DNA from: Dicyema japonicum
Lineage: Eukaryota; Animalia; Dicyemida
Direction: 5' to 3'
Assembly: GCA_011109175.1 (NCBI GenBank)
Contig: RDEW01000061.1
Coordinates: forward strand, 62,001 to 126,000
Length of the DNA: 64,000 bases
Within the stretch, counting starts at the first letter, position 1. Every line of letters starts with the position of its first letter. This document shows positions 24,951-34,976 of this stretch, piece after piece. Under the pieces are notes generated by a model that saw only the letters and a list, made by a program, of their open reading frames with translations, ran no database searches and was not told where the DNA came from. The position numbers and the translations under genes were made by a program.

Positions 24951-25329
24951 TTACCTTTAATATTTATTTAAAACCCAGAAGACCACCGAGAGAGAAAGTG
25001 TTAAACCCAACTAATTAGGTGATCCCAATTTCTAGCAATTTCCGAATTTTCTTTGAACAGTCTAGCAGAAATCCCACAATTTTCTAGAAGTACCCCAACA
25101 AATGTTTGCAAATAAACTTGATCGAGGTGTCTTTTTTTCAGGGATGATCTGGATACATTTGCATTAACGATCTTGTTTCCAAATGATTGTACGTGAAAAA
25201 TTAAAAAAAAATATCCGTTTCGTATTTAATTCTTCATACCTAAGATCGCATGGTAAATATTAGAAGTGATGAACATTAAATAGCGTTAGTGATAAAAAGT
25301 TATCATTAAAAATTTGCTTTTAGGACAAG

Positions 25330-26890
25330 GGGTCAATCATAGCCTGCAGGCACTGAGATCTCAATGGGAGTTACACCTCATGATATCGAGCTTAATGTTC
25401 TGGAAGACCCGTCATGTCATTCTAGACTCTCCCTTCTGATGCCTAGGAGCTGCCTAATCAAATGTGAAAATTATTTTATTGGATTTAAGAAAGAGATTGC
25501 GGACATAAATATGAAAAATCTTCCAGGGATGATATGGAATGCTACTGTTGATGGAATAAAGAAAGCAAGTTTCGATATGTTTGGAGAAAAATGCTGGTGG
25601 GATTTAAAAGAGTCATCGATCACTAAATTGAATGATTATCAATTGAACAAAAAAATTGTTGCTAAGAATGCAATCGTGTACAAATAATGATACTTATAAC
25701 GAGTTAAGAAAGAAATCGTATTATCGAGGAAATTAAAAGGAGGAATGAGAAAATTTATGTCAAGAAAATTGACAAACGTTCCTTTGAAATTGAGAGATAG
25801 GGATATGGAACCGATATGTTTCGTGCTTCTCTGCTTTTTTAGGAAATAGTTCAACTTATGAATATATTTATTCATGACAGTTAAGGAAGAGATGTAATTG
25901 ATAGTAAAGAAAAAACTTTTCAAGATTTTAGAGTGAAAATCATACCTCATATATGGAGCCATTCAGGAAATCACCAAGAAAACTGAGCCTACCTATTTCT
26001 ACAGAGGAAACTAACTTGACAATCAATAAGTTAAACAACAGGGCATCTGGACCAGACAAAATATATAAAGAAATGATCAGGTATGCACTAAGAAAATTGA
26101 CAACTCTTATTACAAAGATTTTCAATATGGTATTTGAGACATTCTTTGAAACTTGATGACAAAATTTTAATTCCTTAAGCAAGGAAAGAGTAAGGGCCCG
26201 AGAAAAATCTGAGACCAAATAATAGTGAGTACATTGAGGAAGATATTATCTTTGATAACCCTTAGTCGAATATCTTCTGACGTTTATGAATTTTTGTCGT
26301 CGGGACAGAGCGGGTTCAAAAGAGGACGCTCTACCGCAAATGCTGTTTGGTTTCACAAATGAATATGTGATAAATCAATTATACAATAATGATTTCAAAA
26401 ATTCTGGGAGTGGAAGTGTCCAGTCAACAAAAAAATATTTTGACTTTATTGAGAGTTTCCCTGATAAGGATAACACAAAACTTATTCGTTTCCTATTGTC
26501 TAATACTGAATTAATTATATGGGTTGAGAACTTGACGTCAACAATTGAAATACTTTAGGAGCTAACGATGGAAAATGTTTTAGCACGTGCTTAGAATGGA
26601 CATAAACGAGCATGAAAATAGAATAATTTACAATTACTTCAACAAATAGAACAGACCACAGTTTAAAAGAAGGCCTAGAATCACTCTCCCTGTAGCTCTA
26701 AATAAGGATCTTAATGGGATTGAAGAAAACTTTTATGTGCAGATGACCTAGAAGACCTACGAGAAGATGCAGAACAGGGACCAATGAAGACGCCTAGTGA
26801 AGAAAATTTTGAAACACGTTGCACAAACGTGACCTTAGTTAACATAATGTTCTTTGGTTCTTGTGAACGTGGTTTTTAATAATAATAATG
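25330..26890 (+). mobile_element. Old RTE LINE, decayed
   Basis: NRASGPDKI, QSGFKRGRSTANAVW, RPRITLPVALNKDL; (TAA)n tail near 26877-26889. Confidence 0.75.
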
Positions 26891-26899
26891 TGTTGTAAA

Positions 26900-28330
26900 A
26901 TTGCCATATTAAGGTATGACTAAGCTAAGATGAGGCCAAAACGTTCCATAGTTTTGATAGGAGCTCAAAGGAAGGTAATTGGACCGAAATATCTTTGATC
27001 ACAAGGATCTTCGTTTGGTCTGAAAATGGGGTTAATGATCGACCACTTCCACACGAAGGATAACAATAGTATCAAGAGATACATTGAAAATACTAGTAAG
27101 TTCTCTTATTCAACAAAAACCAAAATTTTTTAAACGTAAATTGCAAAATCGTCAGGACCCAAGAGGGTTGATTATCAGGCATTATTAATCCGCTCAACGA
27201 CAGTTGAGGTTATATTTTTTAGGGAATTGGATGACGGCGGAATCTTGATTCTGAATTTACAGGCACATGGGTCTTGTTCATCTTCATATGTTTGAAATTA
27301 GGTAACCACTTTGTTCTTTGAATGACTGGTCTGTTTTAGGTTGTTTTAACTGGATCCGTGAGATGGATAGAACTTAGTTAGGGAAAAAACAATAACTTTA
27401 AATGCTCTTCAAAATTTGGAAACGTTGATATGTGGTTTAATTTGGAGGTGAACTCCTTCCAATTGATCTCTTTATAATTAGCAATGAAAGTGGAGATTTC
27501 CCCTTTACTAAATGCAATTTCATGGATGAGAAATTGTCCAAAGGTCTTGCGTTTTTAAAGGGGCATCTTTCCATTATTAATTGAATGATTTGAGTGTTAA
27601 AGAAAGACTTAAATCGGTAAATGGATATCCTCAGAATATATTTTCGGTCAGAGCTGATTAGACAAAAATTGAAGAATTTGACCGCTGTCGATTTGATTTG
27701 AAAAAGGAGTGGAGATTCTCTTTGGTCTCGTGGAGGTTCCAGTTCAGAAATAATATGAAGGACTTTTGATAGGAATAGGAAGAAATTAACCATATAGGAG
27801 TGTTCATTGAGAATCAGAGTTTAAAATAATTCCAGTGGATAGGATTGAGGAGGTAGCTTTTGAAGCAGTCGCAATGCGAAAAATGTAAAAATTCAACTAT
27901 CATGGAAGAAATGTTATGAAATTAACTGAGATGAAAACCAATCCATTTTTGCGTCCTGTGTATAGTAAGGTATGGTCAGTCTCCGAGGTGTTGATGAAAA
28001 AGAAAAAAATGTAAAGATTCTTTAAGCAGCAATCCACAGTAACGATCCACATGAATACAAGAATAATTACGACAGGAGTGGTCAATCTTGAAAGTAAGAG
28101 TCATATTTCTTGAGTAAGAGTGATAAATATGTTATGAATTCTTCAAACATGGGAGCGATTCAGTTGCAGAATTTTAAGATCTACATATGAGTCCGCGTTT
28201 TCTTCAAAATCTCCAGAAAGAGCGAGGGATCTATAAGTACCTCAGGGTCAGCCATAAAGCGACCATGAAAAAGTCTTATCGTTTCTGTTTAAGAAATAAA
28301 GTCAACTCTTCTCCACGAGGAGGATTCTGA
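26900..28330 (-). mobile_element. Ingi/Vingi-like LINE 5' half with decayed 2A motif
   Basis: LSGDFEENADS followed in frame by YVDLKILQLN (APE start); NYKKINWKEF linker; GPDD...WKWSIINPIFRPNEDP...IKTMER RT remnants. Confidence 0.7.
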
Positions 28331-28399
28331 TGATATATTTAAGACATGATTAAATAAAGGAAATTTTAAAGCTGTTATAAAATTATTAAATCATGGATA

Positions 28400-29554
28400 T
28401 TAGTTCCAGTCAACAGTGAGCTTAAAAAAGGCGAAAGGATAATATTCAGCTTGTCCAGGAAGTCTTAGTTGATAATCATCAATCTTTTCATTTTTGACAA
28501 AGTTATAGTCGAGCGAGGAATACAAATCAAAGAGAAGATTTTTGAGTTTGTTGGCATTTTTGTATGAAGGATGGAGAACAGTAATGAGAAATGGATTAGT
28601 TATGCCGTATCTAATAACAGAATAATAATACCTGAGGACTGACTCAACAAATGTACGTAGTATTTTAATGTGAAGAAGAGCAGAAAATGACTCCTGATAA
28701 TTTATTCTGAGCCAATTATTAAATGGTCTCTATTGGTTATGCTCAATACTAACTTGAAGAGTAGTTAGTCTGTTTTGAAGAGCAATGGTGTTAGACCGAA
28801 ATGCTTCTGCTTCCTCCTTGCTGTACTCGAAATCCCGAACATGAAATTTTTGTATTCTGCATTGAGATTTGAAGTCATCCACGACTGTTCTGAATAGAGT
28901 AACCGAGTAGAGTATGTAGTCGTCCTCCTCAGCAATCACTCTGGTGGAGTCTGGTACAATCATGTCTGTGAGTGTAGAGTATGAATTGGTCCACTGTCCA
29001 GAGTTGTTTTTATTTACAACCACCAACAAAGTAACCAAGTACTCGGAATTCAATACGAAGTCACTCTCATTGACCACATCGTACAAAGACCTTGAAAGCA
29101 ATCCTGCAGTCGCCCGTCTCTTTGACTCTTCTACTGCTCCTTTTACTTTGTTGTACTCTCCTGCACGTCCTTTTAATTCCCCTTCCATCCCCAATACTTC
29201 CTTCTCAAGTAAGTCTCTCATCTCACGGACACACAGTCTTGCTGGATATTTTGCCTGATTCCATCCAAAATCTGAGACTGTTCCTTCAGTCTCTCCGCCC
29301 ATCAAATCAACTAACCTCCTCACCAAACTAATAATTATAACATTTTTACTTCTCACATTGAACATCAACTCTCCCCAGTTCATCACTCACTTGCATTAAT
29401 TCATCCAAACTCCCAAACTAAAATCAAAACTGGTTCATACCTTCAAATTTGGCATTTCAAGTTTATGCACGGAAGACAATTTTCCTACTTTTGACTTTTG
29501 TTCAACAAATGTATTCTCATCCAAAGGCACTGATATAATCCAGTATTCGGACAT
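28400..29554 (-). CDS. ATP6V1C1: V-type proton ATPase subunit C
   Basis: MSEYWIISVP, MPNLKFGSLDELMQVSDEL, FGWNQAKYP, SEYLVTLLVVV, LYSVTLF, FHVRDFEY, RTFVESVLRYG, EYYPF; four introns of 21-24 nt. Confidence 0.95.
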
Positions 29555-29684
29555 TAACACAAATATTAGTGGTTTGATTTAAATGCTTTAAATATACTTT
29601 ATATAGAAAATTTTAATTTTTATATTTGAAACTTTATAATATCTATGGGTTAATAGTTTTATTCATAATATCAAATGGCTATTT

Positions 29685-30688
29685 ACTTCAAGTACTGAAC
29701 TGTACTTCTCTCAAGTACTGAACTGTCAGTCCGAATTGGGAGAACTCTATCTCGACCATTCAAAACTACAATCGGCACTCCTCAGGGAGACTCCCTCTCC
29801 CCCTTACTATTTGTGATATATCTCGAAGCTGCACTAAAGGATCTAAGAACTTGCTATGAAGGAAAAATAAACGAAGTCGTATACGCGGATGATGTGGATT
29901 TTATATCCGAGGATACAGAAGCTCTCACACATCTGCTGGAAAATGCACCGGACAAACTGGGGGAATGGTTCCTCATGGTTAACCGGGCCAAAACGGAAAT
30001 CACGGAAATCAAAAGAATGGACAACATCCTTAGTGAACGTTGGCGACATGTTAATAAGCTTGGATCCCTACTGGGGGACACAGAAGACATCATCAAAAGG
30101 AAAACACTTGCAGGAGTAGCAATGCGAAAACTCAAAAAGGGATGGCTGAAAGGACTAGATGTCAATCTGCGGATACGCATGTACAATGCATTTGTGAAAC
30201 CGATACTGACATACAATGCTGGTACTTGGGCCTGTACAGGTGCGGAATCAATGGCTCTCGATGGGTTCTACAGAAAACAGCTTAGAGTATTATTTGACAT
30301 GCAGTGGCCAGCCAGAATCTCGAATACCGGTATTTACAAAAAATGCAAGAGTAGGCCTCTAAGCCTGGAAATCACTGACGCCCGGTGGAGACTGTTTGGT
30401 CACGTACTACGCATGGATCTTGCTGCCCCGGCTAATGTGGCGATGGAGGACCATTTCATGTTCGAGGGCAAATGCTTCCGTGGCAGACCAAGGATGACCC
30501 TACCTATCAGGCTGCACAAAGACCTCCAAAGGATGAAGAAATGCCTAAAGACGGGAGACGATCTGGACATGCTGAGATTGACTGCGTGTAACCGTGGAGG
30601 ATGGAAGAGGCTAACTAATAACATTGTTTCTTGTATTGCACATGCTTTGCTATAACTATTATGGCAAGGCGATAAGTGCTGTAATAAT
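29685..30688 (+). mobile_element. RTE LINE, 5'-truncated, young, TSD-flanked
   Basis: 12-bp TSD aaatggctattt at 29673-29684 and 30689-30700; open RT C-terminal ORF to 30655; (TAA)n tail. Confidence 0.97.
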
Positions 30689-30731
30689 AAATGGCTATTT
30701 TTGGTCGAAACATTTTACAATGTGATAGTTA

Positions 30732-31050
30732 GCCGGGTGGCTTAGTGGTTAGGTGTCGGGCTTAAGTGGCTTAGGCTACGGGTTCGAATCTCGCTGCTGT
30801 TCACCTGGTGCAAGGTTCCACGCATCTACGATGCAGAAATGGTTTGACGAGTGACGCCGTCATCAGTGAATACTCACTGCGGAACTGGGTTGTCTAGAAA
30901 GGACACTCACACAAGAAAAAAAAAGTGAAGATCATTCCTTGGTTCTACGATTAGTTAAAATTAACTGTTCTTTACTTAAATAAGGTGTGTGTCCTGCCTA
31001 TGCGGAGCTATAAAATACTATGGCTCTCGTGAAAAGGCTTTATCATTATT
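30732..31050 (+). mobile_element. tRNA-derived SINE copy 1 (319 bp)
   Basis: Pol III box A TGGCTTAGTGG (30738-30748), box B GGTTCGAATC (30781-30790), unique body, TAT-rich tail; 13-bp TSD aatgt(g/t)atagtta at 30719-30731 and 31051-31063. Confidence 0.9.
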
Positions 31051-31518
31051 AATGTTATAGTTAACTTTTTGATTATTATTAGCAATATACATAGAATTAT
31101 GCTAAATATCACCCTATAAGTGCAGTTTCTGACAGATGATCCTCCAAGTTTGTTCAATTTCTTGCTGGAGAAGATTCGAACCTGGATTCCTTGTCTGTCC
31201 GACATTTTCTGTATAGAACTTCAGGTTCCTGCCCACCATATTTTACATAATCAAAAGGAGAGAGAGATTGGCTTTCATCCATCATGAAGAAAGTAGACAT
31301 TTAATACAATAGAGAGACGTCATGCATCAACCTACTGACCATCAACCACTAGGATAACCGGTCATTCAGCTAATTTTTTGCTAAATTTATATAATGATAA
31401 ATTTGTTACCGCTTGTGAACATCTGTTATATAATTAATATTTTATAATAAATGTTTGTTAAATTTTTATGTTGTCAAACCGATCACGATAAGATAATAAA
31501 ATTTCAAATCAAAATTTA

Positions 31519-32278
31519 ATGTTTGTTCAAAAAAGACTTCCGATAATATTAGTAGGATTGAGCTTCATCATTAATCTAATTGCTGCATTCACTCCTGCCT
31601 GGATTGAAAATTCTTTTCCTGGTAAAACAGGATTTGTGAGAATTGGCTTGTGGCAAATTTGCTTCAAAAAATATTCTCACTTAGACAATGATATTTATGA
31701 TGGATGTTATTCTACGACAAATTCTGGAGAAGATGTAATCACATCATTTCTGCTAGGTAATACTGCATTTTTAGCATAATCTGTTATTGATTTAATCATT
31801 AGATTGGTTCTACATTGCCCAATGGACAGTAATAATGTCTCTTATGCTACAGACACTTTCAATAATCGCGACGCTTTCTAGTGGAAACAAAAAGTGCATT
31901 ATTTTAACAATTTTATCTTTTGGGGGTAAATTTGTGTGTAGTTTAGTTGTATCAATATTGTCAGTAATTATTTCATTTATTCAGTATTTTTCAAAAAATA
32001 AGCTTCCCGGTTATCAATGGAATCATATTTCATGGTCATTTATACTTTTACTTATCTCTGGCCTACTTTATGTTATTTCTGTTGGAATAATTGCCTGGGA
32101 ATTCAAACAATCAATTATAAACAGTGACAGAAATATATCTCCATGTATAAATAACACTTCAATACCACGTGTACTTTCGTATGAGATGACTGACGATGTA
32201 TATATTCCTCCAAGATCAGACTCAAAAAAATATTTCGGGAATTTTCGTCGTTACATTTATTCTGATACATTTAAGTAA
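31519..32278 (+). CDS. Claudin/PMP-22-like tetraspan protein (invertebrate claudin type)
   Basis: TM1 then PAW..., GLWQICF...DGC, 46-nt intron, DWFYIAQW, further TMs, ISWSFIL. Confidence 0.8.
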
Positions 32279-32594
32279 TGTTGCCTGTTTATTATTTTTT
32301 AACATTTAAATTTCTGCCAACATAATTAACGCGGCGCCTCTCACAATAGTAATAGAGATCAACTGGAAAAACCACTAGGTTTCACGGATGTAATGGCTTT
32401 TGGCTGTGGCCAGACATCCCAGTTTTTTTAAAAAAGAAAATTGAGATTAATTAAATAAATCTTATGGAAATAAAAAAATTCTGAAAAGTTTAAAAAAAAT
32501 ATTGCACATTTGTTAAATTAAAAACTCATATCAAATATTCGATAAATTGATTTGAACATGAATAATTTATAAAAATTTAAAATATGCAAAATTG

Positions 32595-32815
32595 CCATCC
32601 ATCCAAAGTGGACCCGCCGACATTATCGACGTTGCGTTGCCTCTCACGACTGCAACAGAGATCAACTGGAGTAGCCACCGGGTCTCACGTGCGTCGTGGC
32701 TTTTTAGTGTAGCTAAGCGTCCAAGTTTCTTTAGGAAGCGAAGCGATTTTCCACTTATTCCTCCAGTTGTCTCGACCACTATCGGATAAAACGCGAATCG
32801 GTCGCGTAGCGATGC
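32595..32815 (-). mobile_element. CRE subfamily B 3' fragment
   Basis: Roughly 90% identical by eye to 16987-17205; a more diverged piece lies at 32325-32430. Confidence 0.9.
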
Positions 32816-33019
32816 AAAATACAATTAAATCGGCTGACATGCAGCACATCAAAGTTTAGCAGCCTCTGAGAAAGTGAGAGTCTAGAATGACACGATGACT
32901 CATTTGGCTTGTGATCACGAGGGGTAGCTCCCATGCGTGCTCAGACTAGAGGCCACGATGGAGCCCCTGTCCTAAAAATTGACTTTTAACTGCTTTGTTA
33001 TTAATTTTTAATAAATATG

Positions 33020-33345
33020 GAAGTGGCATATTGGTTAGGTGTCGGGCTAAAGTGACTTTGGTTACGGGTTCGATTCTCGCTGCTGTTCACCTGGTGGAAG
33101 GTTCCACGCATCTATGATGCTAAAAGGGATTGACGAGTGACGCATCATCAGTGGATACTCACTGCGGAACTGGATTGTCTAGAAAGGACCCACACACAAG
33201 AAAAAGAAAAAAAAGAAGTGAAGATCATTCTTTGGTTTACGATTAGTTAGAATTAACTGTTCTTTAGTTAAATAAAGAGTGTGTCCTGCCTATGCGGAGC
33301 TATAAATATTATGGCTCTCGTGAAAAGGCTGTTATTATTATTATT
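33020..33345 (+). mobile_element. tRNA-derived SINE copy 2
   Basis: Colinear with 30737-31050 including boxes A/B, body and (TAT)n tail; no clear TSD. Confidence 0.9.
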
Positions 33346-33762
33346 GGTTGGTATTAAATCGTTTATAAACAATTATTTTGGTATGAAACTCTAAAATAAT
33401 TGTTTTTAAACTTACCCGGCATTCGTTAGATTGCACCACCCGGCTTATATTCGATTATTAACGATTACAAATTTTAAATAAAATATTTGTATAGGTGACC
33501 AAATAATCTATGACTGCATCAGAAGTGAAACGTTTAAAAATCGGATAATTACAGGAACCATATAAATATTATAGATTAGTAGCTGACTAGATAGAACAAG
33601 TCATTATTAATCGATTTTATTGATGCAGCTGTCTGCATTTAAATTGATTTCCATTTAATAATTTATAAATATATTTTGTTAATTTATTATGTTATTTTAT
33701 ATTAAACATTTATAAATAGGTTATCTTGCAATAAATAATTTTCATATTTGATAAGTATAATC

Positions 33763-34371
33763 ATGACTTCGTACGACAATTTATCGGAGTTTGCAGAATT
33801 TGCGTTACAACCTTTATTCTTTACTAGAACTGTAGTTGGAGTAATACTTTTTAATATAATTTAGTTTTGCTCATTTGTAATCATGTGTCTTATCTCAAAT
33901 AGCGGTTTTGATGAAGGAACCTGTATTTTCAATAAAACCAAAGTCTGTGGCTTTGCACTTTTTGTGAGCATCTTCACAGTCATTTCAGAAACTGTATTTA
34001 TGGTAATCGACATTAAAACTTCGGATCCAGCTAGTTTAATGGAGAAAAAATCCATAAATGCTTCAGATTTGATTGTTCACTGTATTTTTTAAAATATATT
34101 TAAGTGATATTAACTTTATTCTGGTTTATTGCTGCTTTGTACCTCACTTATACTTGGCCTCCAGATTTCGGTCTTTCATTTCGTAGAAAAATTGACGGGA
34201 ATAGTATTCTAATATTATCAACTGCCTTATTTTTCTTTGTGTATAAGAGTTTACTTATTATAGGCACTTTTGACTTATTTTGCTCACAAAATACGCAAGA
34301 GTTCAATAAACCAGGAATACCAAGTAACTGATGACAATGGAATGTTTCCGGATCATTCCATAAATTATTGA
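33763..34371 (+). CDS. SYNGR: Synaptogyrin-like MARVEL protein
   Basis: FALQPLFFTR, GFDEGTCIFNKTKVCGF, FMVID, EKKSINASDL, FWFIAALYLTYTW match the synaptogyrin pattern; three introns of 23-25 nt. Confidence 0.8.
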
Positions 34372-34499
34372 TATAATTAGTTAATTCAGCACTTTAAAAA
34401 TGATATCTGATTTTAGTTTTTTAAAAACTTTTAAATATTCATAGACATTTATGTATTTTATGTATTTAAACGAAATTTAATTTGTCCGTACTATTGATC

Positions 34500-34650
34500 T
34501 TCGTGGAAGACGACTACGAGAGTGGAGGATCTGGATGGACTACGTAAGCTTGCTTATGACAGGGAGAAGTTGAGGAAGATGATTTTGTTACAAGTTTCTC
34601 GAATTGCACATGCTTCATAATTACCATGGACGGACGAGAGTACATAATAA
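34500..34650 (+). mobile_element. RTE 3' end remnant
   Basis: EDLDGLRKLAYDREK...SRIAHA* resembles DDLDMLRLTACNRGG...SCIAHA of the young RTE copies; taataat tail. Confidence 0.55.
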
Positions 34651-34976
34651 TATTGATCCTCGTTGATGCAGCGCTGCTTTTCACGATAGAAATAGAGATT
34701 AACTTGAAAAACCATTGGATTTTACAAACTACGAGTGTAGTCAGATATCCCAAGCTTATGAGGAAAGACAAAGGGTTCCAGTTTACTTGACAATAATTGC
34801 ACGGGACTGGTCGAAAAGCCCGTGATATTTCTTCCATTAAATTTCTCCATTTTTTACCGTGTTACTGTGTTCCCGATGATGTTGATAGGAGAACGAAAGT
34901 CGATACAGGTGACATCTTTTTACAAAAAACATTGTAAATTCGTATAAGTAGCTATTTTTATACCAACTTAATAATC

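Noticed and set aside
30732-30800. Functional tRNA gene
   Set aside because: Boxes A and B are present but there is no convincing acceptor stem or anticodon arm; it runs into a repeated body, has a tail and a TSD, so it is a SINE head.
30830-30895. Hammerhead ribozyme on the minus strand of the SINE (CTGATGA next to hairpins)
   Set aside because: The required GAAA after stem II is absent (tcaaac in copy 1, tcaatc in copy 2).
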